Source: Candidatus Methylomirabilis oxygeniifera (GTDB lineage: Bacteria; Methylomirabilota; Methylomirabilia; Methylomirabilales; Methylomirabilaceae). From it: a stretch of 32,000 nt of DNA. Position 1 is the stretch's first letter. Every line of letters starts with the position of its first letter. The stretch covers positions 1,830,001 through 1,862,000 of the forward strand of contig FP565575.1 in NCBI GenBank assembly GCA_000091165.1, given 5' to 3'. The position numbers and the translations under genes were made by a program. The notes under the pieces are model-generated. The model saw only the letters and a list, made by a program, of their open reading frames with translations. It was not told the DNA's origin and did no database searches. Shown here in pieces: positions 19,295 through 27,753 of the stretch.

Positions 19295-20224
19295 ATGGGC
19301 CTCGCACACAAAGATCTGTTGAGTATTCGGGAACTGACGTCGGACGAGATCCGGCTGATCCTGGATACCGCCGAGTCGATGAAAGAGGTGGCCCGTCGCG
19401 ACATCAAGAAGGTGCCGGCTCTGCGTGGCAAGACGATGATCAACCTGTTCTACGAGTCCAGTACCCGGACCCGTACATCGTTTGAAATCGCCGGGAAGTG
19501 GCTGAGCGCCGACGTCATCAACGTCTCCACCTCGGCCAGTTCGGTGACCAAGGGGGAGAGTTTAAAGGACACGGGTCTCACGCTGCAGGCGATGCACCCG
19601 GATATCGTTGTTCTCCGCCATCCGGCGGCAGGCACGGCTCAGTTTCTGGCCGAGCGGCTGACTGCATCGGTTATCAACGCCGGGGACGGCGCCCACGAGC
19701 ACCCCAGCCAAGCCCTGCTCGACCTGTTCACCATCAGGGAGAAAGCAGGACGGCTGGAGGGACTCAAGGCCGCCATTATCGGAGACATCGCCCACAGTCG
19801 GGTCGCCAGGAGCAATATCCACGGGATGCAACGAATGGGAATGGAGGTGCGAGTCGCAGGACCCCGGACGATGCTGCCCCGTTTTATCGAACGACTTGGG
19901 GTTGAGGTCTTTACGAACCTCGATCGAGCCGTCGCCGACGTCGATGTCATTATGATGCTCAGGCTGCAAACCGAGCGTCAACAGACCGGACTGTTCCCTT
20001 CGCTACGGGAGTACTCGCGCCTGTTCGGCCTGACCGCAGAGCGGCTCAAGGCCGCAAGGCCTGATGTGCTGATCATGCATCCAGGCCCTATGAATCGGGG
20101 CGTCGAGATTGCGCCGGATGTTGCCGACGGCCCCTACTCGCTGATCCTCAATCAGGTCGAGAACGGCTTGGCCGTGCGGATGGCTCTGCTCTATCTCTTC
20201 GCCGGCAGTGGGCAGGCAGGATAG
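19295..20224 (+). CDS. pyrB: Aspartate carbamoyltransferase catalytic subunit
   Basis: Motifs are [19 protein letters not shown] and [10 protein letters not shown] is AGGAAAGGA. Confidence 0.95.
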   Translation: MGLAHKDLLSIRELTSDEIRLILDTAESMKEVARRDIKKVPALRGKTMINLFYESSTRTRTSFEIAGKWLSADVINVSTSASSVTKGESLKDTGLTLQAMHPDIVVLRHPAAGTAQFLAERLTASVINAGDGAHEHPSQALLDLFTIREKAGRLEGLKAAIIGDIAHSRVARSNIHGMQRMGMEVRVAGPRTMLPRFIERLGVEVFTNLDRAVADVDVIMMLRLQTERQQTGLFPSLREYSRLFGLTAERLKAARPDVLIMHPGPMNRGVEIAPDVADGPYSLILNQVENGLAVRMALLYLFAGSGQAG

Positions 20225-20243
20225 TCTAAGAGATGGGACGATC

Positions 20244-21584
20244 ATGAGAATTCTAATCAGAGGTGGGCGGGTCATTGATTCGGCAAGCGGAGTGGACGAT
20301 CTCCTCGATCTGTTCATCGAGGATGGAAAGATCATTCAGATAGAGAAAGGTGTAGGCAATACCGAACCGCTCGAGGCGAGTAAAGGCAAAGGGACGAAGG
20401 CGGCAAAGCATGCGGAATCCGCCCTTGCTGTTGATCGGGTGATGGATGCGACGGGACTGGTGGTCTGTCCGGGCCTGATCGACATGCATGCCCACCTGCG
20501 CCAGCCGGGACGTGAGGATAAAGAAACCATCGCGAGCGGAACAATGGCAGCGGCGCGAGGCGGCTTTACGACGATCTGTTGCATGCCGAACACCGACCCG
20601 GTCAACGACACACGCACCGTCACTGAGTTTATTCTGGACACGGCCAAGCGCGAGGGGGCCGTGCAGGTCTGCCCCGTCGGCGCTATCACGAAAGGACTGA
20701 AAGGGGAAGAGCTGGCCGAGATCGGGGAACTGTTCGAAGCCGGCTGCGTAGCCATCTCTGACGACGGTCGCCCGGTCATGAACGCTGAACTGATGCGGCG
20801 AGCCATGGAATATGCAGCGATGTTTGATCTACCGGTCATCCAGCACAGTGAGGACCTGCACCTAAGCGGCAGGGGGGTCGTCCACGAAGGGCTGGTCTCG
20901 ACCGAACTCGGGCTTCGGGGTATCCCGTCGGCGTCGGAGGCGGTGATGGTGGCGCGCGATCTGTTGCTGGCAGAATTGATCGGCGCACACCTCCACGTTG
21001 CCCACGTGAGCGCGGCCGAATCGGTGCGTCTGATTCGCGACGCGAAGGCCCGCGGGGTCCGGGTAAGCTGCGAGGTCACCCCGCATCACGTCGCGCTCAC
21101 AGAAGAGGCGGTCCGCGGTTTTCTGACCAACGCCAAGATGAACCCGCCGCTTCGGTCAGAGGCCGACCGGCAGGCCCTGCTGGAGGGATTACGAGATGGT
21201 ACGATCGACGTGATTGCGACGGATCACGCCCCTCATACAGTCCAGGAGAAGGAGCGGGAGTTCGATCTGGCTCCTAATGGCGTGATCGGCCTGGAGACGG
21301 CACTCGCTATGACGCTCACGACGCTGGTGGCCCCAGGCGTGTTGAGCCTGCCACAGGCAATAGCGAAGCTCACCAGCGAGCCGGCGCGCATCCTGAAACT
21401 TCGAAAGGGTCGAATCGCCAAAGGCGCAGACGCCGATCTGACGATCTTTGATTCGAATCGTGACTGGACGGTGGATCCTGCAACCTTTGCCTCCAAAAGC
21501 CGAAATACGCCGTTCGCCGGATGGCGGCTTACAGGCGCGCCGGTGATGACGCTGGTCGGGGGGCAGGTAGTGTGGGAGGCGTGA
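20244..21584 (+). CDS. pyrC: Dihydroorotase
   Basis: [13 protein letters not shown]-terminus, metal ligands DMHAHL, and ATDHAPH. ATG 20244 follows the pyrB stop; the ORF is open from 20208. Compared with what I remember of other DHOases, it carries an extra segment of about 20 aa near residue 35 ([22 protein letters not shown]). Confidence 0.92.
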   Translation: MRILIRGGRVIDSASGVDDLLDLFIEDGKIIQIEKGVGNTEPLEASKGKGTKAAKHAESALAVDRVMDATGLVVCPGLIDMHAHLRQPGREDKETIASGTMAAARGGFTTICCMPNTDPVNDTRTVTEFILDTAKREGAVQVCPVGAITKGLKGEELAEIGELFEAGCVAISDDGRPVMNAELMRRAMEYAAMFDLPVIQHSEDLHLSGRGVVHEGLVSTELGLRGIPSASEAVMVARDLLLAELIGAHLHVAHVSAAESVRLIRDAKARGVRVSCEVTPHHVALTEEAVRGFLTNAKMNPPLRSEADRQALLEGLRDGTIDVIATDHAPHTVQEKEREFDLAPNGVIGLETALAMTLTTLVAPGVLSLPQAIAKLTSEPARILKLRKGRIAKGADADLTIFDSNRDWTVDPATFASKSRNTPFAGWRLTGAPVMTLVGGQVVWEA

Positions 21585-21597
21585 TGTGGGAGGATCT

Positions 21598-22797
21598 GTG
21601 AAACAGGCATTGTTGGCGTTGGCCGACGGTACCGTCTTCGAGGGGTTGGCTTTTGGCGCAGAGGGGGAGACTGTCGGCGAGGTGGTCTTCAACACCAGCA
21701 TGACCGGCTACCAGGAGGTCCTGACCGACCCCTCGTACAAGGGGCAGATGGTCGTCATGACCTATCCGCTGATCGGTAACTACGGGATCACGCCCGAAGA
21801 TGTCGAGTCGAGCGGCCTCGCGGTAGAGGGGTTTATTGTGAAGGAAGCATGCGCTCACCCAAGTAATTGGAGGAGCACTCGGACCCTCGACAGTTACCTC
21901 AAGGAGCAGGATATCGTGGGAATTCAGGGGATCGATACCCGTGCTTTGACAAGGCATCTCCGAGACTACGGAGCGATGGAGGGGGTCATTTCCACGCAAG
22001 ATCTCGATCCCGACAGCCTGATTGCCAAAGCAAAAGCTTCGCCTGGTCTGATCGGGTGTGACCTGGTAAAGGAGGTCGCCTGTACCTCGCCGTATACCTG
22101 GCATGAGGGACCGTGGCGGTTGAGCAACAGCGGCAAAGACAGTGTTGAGTGTCGAGTGTCGAGTGTCGAGCCGGCAGACCAGCTCAAGCTTTTCCCTCCT
22201 CCCTCCACCCTCCACCCTAGACCCTACAACGTAGTGGCCTACGATTGCGGGATCAAACAGAATATTCTGCGAAAGCTGATAGAAGCGGGGTGCGACGTCA
22301 CGGTCGTCCCGCCGGATACCTCAGCGTCCACGGTCCTGAGTCTGGCTCCGGATGGGGTCTTTCTGAGTAATGGTCCCGGTGACCCGGAGGGCGTGCCGTA
22401 TTTGATCGATAACGTTCGGAAGCTGATCGACAAAATTCCGATCTTCGGCATCTGCCTGGGCCATCAGATCCTGGGTCTCGCCTTCGGAGGGCGGACCTAC
22501 AAACTGAAGTTCGGTCATCACGGCGGCAACCAACCCGTTAAGGACCTGACAACCGGGAAGGTGGAGATTACTACCCAGAACCACGGCTTTGCCGTAGATA
22601 TCGCCTCGATCCCGGACTCAGAGATCGAACTGACCCACATCAACCTCAACGATCACACCGTTGAGGGGATGCGCCATCGTCGCCTGCCGATCTTCTCGGT
22701 ACAATACCATCCGGAAGCCTCCCCTGGCCCCCATGACGCGAGCTATCTTTTTCAACGCTTCGTGGAGTTGATGGCAAAGGCGGGCACAAGCCGATGA
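21598..22797 (+). CDS. carA: Carbamoyl-phosphate synthase small (glutamine amidotransferase) subunit
   Basis: The product (M)[15 protein letters not shown] starts at GTG 21598, preceded by SD GGGAGGA. GATase active site is GICLGHQ; QNHGFAV and [11 protein letters not shown] are present. The ORF is open from GTG 21586. Confidence 0.95.
   Translation: MKQALLALADGTVFEGLAFGAEGETVGEVVFNTSMTGYQEVLTDPSYKGQMVVMTYPLIGNYGITPEDVESSGLAVEGFIVKEACAHPSNWRSTRTLDSYLKEQDIVGIQGIDTRALTRHLRDYGAMEGVISTQDLDPDSLIAKAKASPGLIGCDLVKEVACTSPYTWHEGPWRLSNSGKDSVECRVSSVEPADQLKLFPPPSTLHPRPYNVVAYDCGIKQNILRKLIEAGCDVTVVPPDTSASTVLSLAPDGVFLSNGPGDPEGVPYLIDNVRKLIDKIPIFGICLGHQILGLAFGGRTYKLKFGHHGGNQPVKDLTTGKVEITTQNHGFAVDIASIPDSEIELTHINLNDHTVEGMRHRRLPIFSVQYHPEASPGPHDASYLFQRFVELMAKAGTSR
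22141..22228. repeat. Two heptanucleotide tandem arrays inside carA
   Basis: AGTGTT GAGTGTC GAGTGTC GAGTGTC GAG (22141-22170), a 23-nt spacer, then CCCTCCT CCCTCCA CCCTCCA CCCTAGA CCCTACA (22194-22228). Confidence 0.85.
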
Positions 22798-23453
22798 AGG
22801 CGCAGGTTGGACTGATCATTCATCAGGAACAAGAGGACTACCTGGAGCGGCTGCTGCCTGAGAGGGATCTGCTGTTGCGGGAGATGGAACACTTTGCCGA
22901 TGAGCATGGTATCCCCATTGCCGATCCGGAGGTTGCGACGTTTCTGGAGATTACGGTCCGAGCGCTCCGGGCACAGCGGGTGCTGGAGGTCGGGACTGCC
23001 ATCGGATACGCCGACATCTTCATGGCCAGGGCCATATCGCCTCGAGATAGGGTGGTGACCATCGATATCAGCATCGAGATAATCGAGAAGGCAAAAGCGT
23101 ATGTGAAGCGGGCAGGCCTGGAAGATCGGGTCGAGTTTCACAATGGTCCGGCCCTGACGGTGATCCCTACCCTCGACGGACCGTTCGACCTGGTTTACCT
23201 TGATGCGGTGAAGGAAGAATACCGGAACTACCTGGATCTCGCCTTGCCGCTGATGCGGATTGGCGGGGTTGTCGTATGCGATAATGTCCTCTGGAGAGGG
23301 CAGGTGGCGAGTGACCGGCTGTTCGGGGAGCAGTATCGTCGCTCAACGGAGGCGCTGCGCGGCTTCAACGACTACTTCGTCCGTCATCCCCAGCTTCTCG
23401 CTCAGATCCTCCCCGTAGGCGATGGCCTTGCCTACGGCGTAAAGGTGAAGTAG
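22794..23453 (+). CDS. Class I SAM-dependent O-methyltransferase (Methyltransf_3 / caffeoyl-CoA OMT / YrrM-TrmR-like family)
   Basis: SAM motif [10 protein letters not shown], family motif YLDAVKEEY, and [13 protein letters not shown]. Its start overlaps the carA stop (ATGA), and its stop TAG abuts the carB ATG. Confidence 0.85.
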   Translation: MKAQVGLIIHQEQEDYLERLLPERDLLLREMEHFADEHGIPIADPEVATFLEITVRALRAQRVLEVGTAIGYADIFMARAISPRDRVVTIDISIEIIEKAKAYVKRAGLEDRVEFHNGPALTVIPTLDGPFDLVYLDAVKEEYRNYLDLALPLMRIGGVVVCDNVLWRGQVASDRLFGEQYRRSTEALRGFNDYFVRHPQLLAQILPVGDGLAYGVKVK

Positions 23454-26400
23454 ATGCCGAAGCGAACCGACATCGAGAAAATCCTGATCATCGGGTCTGG
23501 CCCGATCGTCATCGGGCAGGCGTGCGAGTTCGACTACTCGGGGACTCAGGCCTGTAAGGCGTTGCGGGAGGAAGGCTACCGGGTGATTCTGGTCAATTCG
23601 AATCCGGCCACGATCATGACCGACCCGGAAATAGCCGACCGGACCTACGTAGAGCCGCTGACCGTGTCTGTTGTCGAGCAGATCATCGCTCGGGAGCGTC
23701 CCGATGCGCTGCTCCCCACCCTCGGGGGGCAGACCGGCCTCAACCTGGCCGTCGCGCTGGCCGAGGAGGGAATCCTGGACCGATACGGGGTCGAGATGAT
23801 CGGGGCGAAGCTTCAGGCCATCAAGAAGGCCGAAGACCGCGACCTCTTCAAGCAGGCAATGCAGAAGATCGGCGTTGAGGTGCCTGAAAGCGGGCATGCC
23901 TATTCCCACGAAGAGGCCCGTTCCATTGTTGAGCGAATCGGTTACCCGGCGATTATCCGTCCTTCGTTTACGCTTGGTGGCGCCGGCGGCAGCATTGCCT
24001 ACAATCGGGACGAATTCGACGAGCAGGTTCAGTGGGGGCTCAGCATGAGCCCCGTCCACCAGGTCCTCATTGAAGCCTCCGTCATCGGCTGGAAGGAGTT
24101 CGAGCTGGAGGTCATGCGCGACCTGAAGGACAATGTGGTCATTATCTGTTCTATCGAGAATTTCGACCCGATGGGGGTCCACACCGGCGACTCGATTACC
24201 GTGGCTCCGGCTCAGACTCTGTCGGATAAAGAGTACCAACTCATGCGGGATGCCGCCATCGCCATCATCCGCGAGATCGGCGTCGAGACCGGCGGCAGCA
24301 ACATCCAGTTTGCCGTCAACCCCAGGAACGGACAGATGTTGGCGATTGAGATGAATCCGCGGGTCTCTCGATCCTCGGCATTGGCCAGCAAGGCCACCGG
24401 GTTCCCCATTGCAAAGATCGCCGCTAAGCTGGCGGTGGGCTACACGCTGGACGAGATCAGCAACGATATCACGAAGGAGACGACAGCCTGCTTTGAGCCG
24501 ACCATTGATTACTGCGTGGTCAAGTTCCCACGATTCTCGTTCGAAAAGTTTGCCGGCGCCGATGAGACACTGACGACGCAGATGAAATCGGTCGGGGAGG
24601 CGATGGCGATCGGTCGGACCTTCAAAGAGGCGTTGCAGAAAGTGATCCGCTCGCTTGAGACCGAGGCGTATGGACTGGAGAGTCGAATCTTCAGAGATCT
24701 GGAACAACGGGGTGCGGGGTACGGGGTACGAAGTTCCGAGGTCAGCGAGACAGATCAGATGCGGGTCCGGGACCGCCTTCGTGTTGCGAATTGGGAACGG
24801 CTTTTTTACCTCGCCGATGCGCTTCGCATGGGAATGACGGTACAGGAGATCCATACGCTGACAGCCATTGATCCCTGGTTCATTGAGAATATCAAGGAGA
24901 TCGTAGAGTTTGAGAATCGATTGATCGGTCTCGACGGACGCCGGGACGGTTCGCCGTTGCTTCGTCTTCTGACGGCGCCTATCATACAGCAGGCCAAGGC
25001 CTTGGGTTTTTCCGACCGCCGGCTCGCCGATCTTGTCGGCTCACAGGAGCTCACCATCCGGGATGCCAGGAAACGGATGGGAATTGAGGCTACCTTCAAG
25101 ATGGTGGATACCTGCGGCGCCGAGTTCGCAGCCCATACGCCGTACCTGTATTCGACGTACGAGCAGGAGTGTGAGGCCAACCCGACCAATCGCAAAAAGA
25201 TCATGATCCTGGGTTCCGGCCCGAATCGGATCGGCCAGGGAATCGAATTCGACTACTGCTGCGTTCACGCGGCTCTGGCCCTGAAGGAGATCGGCTGCGA
25301 GACGATCATGGTCAACTGTAATCCCGAGACAGTCTCGACCGATTACGACACCTCCGATCGCCTGTACTTCGAACCGCTCTGCCTGGAAGATGTCCTGAAC
25401 ATCGCAGAGCGGGAGCGGCCGGATGGAGTCATCGTCCAGTTCGGCGGACAGACGCCGCTGAAACTGGCCATCCCGCTTGAGCGGGCCGGCGTCAAGATCC
25501 TGGGAACTCCGCCCGATGCCATCGACCGGGCTGAGGACCGTGAACGGTTCAAGCAGGTGCTGCAGCGCCTTGACCTGAATCAGCCGCCGAATGGGACCGC
25601 CGTCTCAGTGAGTGAGGCGCTTCGGATTGCACGACAGATCGGCTACCCGGTCCTGGTGCGACCGTCATATGTCCTTGGTGGTCGGGCGATGGAGATCGTG
25701 TATAACGAGTCGAGTCTCCAGGAGTATATGGCTCGGGCCGTCCAGGCCTCGTTGGACCATCCCGTGCTGGTGGATAAATTCCTGGAAGACGCCATCGAGA
25801 TGGATGTAGATGCCCTGTGCGACGGCCGGGAGGTCGTGATCGGGGGAATCATGGAGCATATCGAGGCGGCGGGAGTCCACTCCGGCGACTCGGCCTGCTC
25901 CTTGCCGCCCCGGTCGGTGCCACAGTCGCTGCTCGATCAGATTCGGGCGCAGACCAAGGCAATGGCACTGGAGCTTGGGGTGATCGGTCTGATCAACATC
26001 CAGTTCGCCATCAAAGATGGTATCGTCTACGTCCTGGAGGTGAATCCCCGCGCCTCGCGCACCGTCCCATTCGTCAGCAAGGCGGTCGGCGTCCCCCTGG
26101 CCAAGCTGGCGGCAAAGGTCATGGCCGGGATGAGCCTCAAGGAGCTGGACTTTACCGAAGAGCCGCGGCTTCGCCATGTAGCGGTCAAAGAGGCAGTCCT
26201 GCCTTTTGTCAAGTTTCCCGGGGTTGATGCGGTGCTAGGGCCGGAGATGAAATCGACCGGAGAGGTGATGGGGATCGATCGCGAGTTCGGGCTGGCCTTT
26301 GCCAAATCGCAGGTGGGTGCAAGCGGCGCCCTCCCCTTGGAGGGAACGGCCTTCCTAAGCGTACGAGGGAACGACAAACCGCATATCGTGCTCTTGGCGC

Positions 26401-26753
26401 GACGGCTTGCAGAGATGGGCTTTCAACTCGTAGCGACGGCCGGGACCGCAGCCGTGCTGAAAGACGGAGGGGTAGTCGTGGAGCCGGTGGCCAAGGTCAT
26501 TGACGGCGTACGCCCACATATCGTGGACAAGATGAAGAATGGAGAGATCGGCCTGGTCATCAACACCCCGGAGGGCCACCATGCGCGTCTCGACTCCTAC
26601 TCCATCCGGCGGACAGCCGTGACGATGAGCATCCCCTACTTTACCACGATGGCCGCAGCGTGCGCGGCGGTCGAAGCGATTCAGGCGATGCGACACGGGA
26701 AGCTAAGGGTCCAGGCGCTCCAGGAGTATCATCAGGTCCAGGGTGAAGGGTAG
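23454..26753 (+). CDS. carB: Carbamoyl-phosphate synthase large subunit
   Basis: 1099 aa. [30 protein letters not shown] begins the first half and [24 protein letters not shown] the second ATP-grasp half. A C-terminal MGS-like allosteric domain is present. Confidence 0.97.
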   Translation: MPKRTDIEKILIIGSGPIVIGQACEFDYSGTQACKALREEGYRVILVNSNPATIMTDPEIADRTYVEPLTVSVVEQIIARERPDALLPTLGGQTGLNLAVALAEEGILDRYGVEMIGAKLQAIKKAEDRDLFKQAMQKIGVEVPESGHAYSHEEARSIVERIGYPAIIRPSFTLGGAGGSIAYNRDEFDEQVQWGLSMSPVHQVLIEASVIGWKEFELEVMRDLKDNVVIICSIENFDPMGVHTGDSITVAPAQTLSDKEYQLMRDAAIAIIREIGVETGGSNIQFAVNPRNGQMLAIEMNPRVSRSSALASKATGFPIAKIAAKLAVGYTLDEISNDITKETTACFEPTIDYCVVKFPRFSFEKFAGADETLTTQMKSVGEAMAIGRTFKEALQKVIRSLETEAYGLESRIFRDLEQRGAGYGVRSSEVSETDQMRVRDRLRVANWERLFYLADALRMGMTVQEIHTLTAIDPWFIENIKEIVEFENRLIGLDGRRDGSPLLRLLTAPIIQQAKALGFSDRRLADLVGSQELTIRDARKRMGIEATFKMVDTCGAEFAAHTPYLYSTYEQECEANPTNRKKIMILGSGPNRIGQGIEFDYCCVHAALALKEIGCETIMVNCNPETVSTDYDTSDRLYFEPLCLEDVLNIAERERPDGVIVQFGGQTPLKLAIPLERAGVKILGTPPDAIDRAEDRERFKQVLQRLDLNQPPNGTAVSVSEALRIARQIGYPVLVRPSYVLGGRAMEIVYNESSLQEYMARAVQASLDHPVLVDKFLEDAIEMDVDALCDGREVVIGGIMEHIEAAGVHSGDSACSLPPRSVPQSLLDQIRAQTKAMALELGVIGLINIQFAIKDGIVYVLEVNPRASRTVPFVSKAVGVPLAKLAAKVMAGMSLKELDFTEEPRLRHVAVKEAVLPFVKFPGVDAVLGPEMKSTGEVMGIDREFGLAFAKSQVGASGALPLEGTAFLSVRGNDKPHIVLLARRLAEMGFQLVATAGTAAVLKDGGVVVEPVAKVIDGVRPHIVDKMKNGEIGLVINTPEGHHARLDSYSIRRTAVTMSIPYFTTMAAACAAVEAIQAMRHGKLRVQALQEYHQVQGEG
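24709..24729. repeat. Heptanucleotide triplet inside carB
   Basis: GGGGTGC GGGGTAC GGGGTAC is 21 nt, in frame, and encodes GAGYGVR. Confidence 0.8.
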
Positions 26754-26771
26754 AGGGTGTAGGGTATAGGG
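26734..26771. repeat. Heptanucleotide array spanning the carB stop codon and the carB-pyrK junction
   Basis: AGGTCCA GGGTGAA GGGTAGA GGGTGTA GGGTATA GGG. This is the reverse complement of the CCCTNNA type seen in carA. The carB TAG (26751-26753) lies inside the third unit. Confidence 0.85.
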
Positions 26772-26772
26772 A

Positions 26773-27753
26773 ATGGTGGTGGCGTCTGAATGTCATGTTG
26801 AGGTTGTCGCCAACAAGCAGATCGCACCAGGATACTTTTCGATGCGTCTGGCCGGCCCGGCATGCCTGACACGATTTCGTCCCGGGCAGTTTCTCATGCT
26901 CGGATGGACCGACGGACAGGATCCGCTGTTGCCTCGGGCCATGAGTATTAGACGCGTGAGAGAGGTTCAAGGTTCAAAGTTCAAGGTTCAAGTTGTAGAG
27001 CCCCAAACCCGAAACCCCAAACCCGAAACCTGGATTGCTGAGGTGGAGATCCTCTACAAAGTGTGCGGCAAAGGCACAACGCTTCTGGCCGCAACACGTC
27101 CTGGAAGATCTTTGCGATTGCTCGGTCCGCTCGGAAATGGCTTTGAGGTTCCCAGAAAAGTGACGAGCGCCGTCCTAATTGCCGGCGGAATCGGCGCGCC
27201 CCCCATCGCTGCGCTTGCCCAAGCGTTGGCCGCGCGTCGCGCAGCGCGCGGAACAAAGATGGCCGTTTTTCTCGGTGGGCGCTCCAAGACTGACCTCCTG
27301 TGCGTGCCCGACTTTCGGCAAGCGGGCGCTACGGTCTACGTGGCCACAGAAGACGGCAGCGCAGGCCATAAGGGACTGATAACCGAACCGCTTGAGGAGT
27401 TCCTGAGTACCTCGCACTTTGCACCAAACCCCAAATCCCCCTGTTCCCCCCTTTTGAAAAGGGGGGCTGGGGGGATTTATGCCTGCGGCCCGCACCCTAT
27501 GCTGTCGGCTATTGCGCCGATTGCCGAAAGATACAACCTGCCATACCAAGCCTCCATGGAGGCGAACATGGCTTGCGGGTTCGGCGCCTGCATGGGCTGC
27601 GTCGTACCGGTGAAAGAAGACGACCGAGGGCGAGCCTACCGGCTTGTCTGTAAGGATGGGCCTGTCTTCGACGGCCACGAAGTCCTCTGGTCTAACTCGT
27701 CTATTCCGTCTGTTCGGTCAACAGACCAAACAGACCAGATAGACCGAACATGA
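26773..27753 (+). CDS. pyrK: Dihydroorotate dehydrogenase (class 1B) electron-transfer subunit
   Basis: FAD/NAD-binding ferredoxin-reductase-like fold (RPGQFLML, LGPLGNGF, IAGGIGAPP, YACGPHPML) and a C-terminal 2Fe-2S motif CGFGACMGCVV...C. It contains three repeat-derived extra segments, listed as repeats below. Confidence 0.9.
   Translation: MVVASECHVEVVANKQIAPGYFSMRLAGPACLTRFRPGQFLMLGWTDGQDPLLPRAMSIRRVREVQGSKFKVQVVEPQTRNPKPETWIAEVEILYKVCGKGTTLLAATRPGRSLRLLGPLGNGFEVPRKVTSAVLIAGGIGAPPIAALAQALAARRAARGTKMAVFLGGRSKTDLLCVPDFRQAGATVYVATEDGSAGHKGLITEPLEEFLSTSHFAPNPKSPCSPLLKRGAGGIYACGPHPMLSAIAPIAERYNLPYQASMEANMACGFGACMGCVVPVKEDDRGRAYRLVCKDGPVFDGHEVLWSNSSIPSVRSTDQTDQIDRT
26964..27030. repeat. Two heptanucleotide tandem arrays inside pyrK
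   Basis: GGTTCAA GGTTCAA AGTTCAA GGTTCAA (26964-26991), a 9-nt spacer, then CCCCAAA CCCGAAA CCCCAAA CCCGAAA CC (27001-27030). Confidence 0.9.
27424..27478. repeat. G/C-tract palindromic element inside pyrK
   Basis: CCAAACC CCAAATC leads into AAATCCCCC (27433-27441), TGTT, CCCCCCTTTT (27446-27455), G, AAAAGGGGGG (27457-27466), CT, GGGGGGATTT (27469-27478). This gives two nested stems of about 9-10 bp. Confidence 0.85.
27690..27753. repeat. Palindrome built from 9-nt tandem units at the pyrK 3' end / pabB start
   Basis: GTCTAACTC GTCTATTCC GTCTGTTCG GTCAACAGA CCAAACAGA CCAGATAGA CCGAACATG. The left units (GTCTnnTnn) are the inverted complement of the right units (nnAnnAGAC). The element contains ATGA (27750-27753), which is the pabB start and the pyrK stop. 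Confidence 0.8.

Noticed and set aside
21571-21593. Direct repeat TGTGGGAGG ... TGTGGGAGG at the pyrC/carA junction
   Set aside because: It is only two copies of 9 nt. The second copy is simply the carA SD, so this is probably chance or SD-related sequence and not part of the heptamer family.
23343-24854. 503-aa ORF on the minus strand inside carB
   Set aside because: It lies entirely antisense to a gene with unmistakable CarB homology. Its translation is Arg/Leu/Asp/Gly-rich low-complexity sequence, typical of shadow ORFs in GC-rich DNA.
22141-27030. Could the short tandem arrays be CRISPR arrays?
   Set aside because: The units are 7-9 nt and directly abutting with no spacers. The arrays are 21-38 nt long and lie inside conserved genes. 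No cas genes are present.
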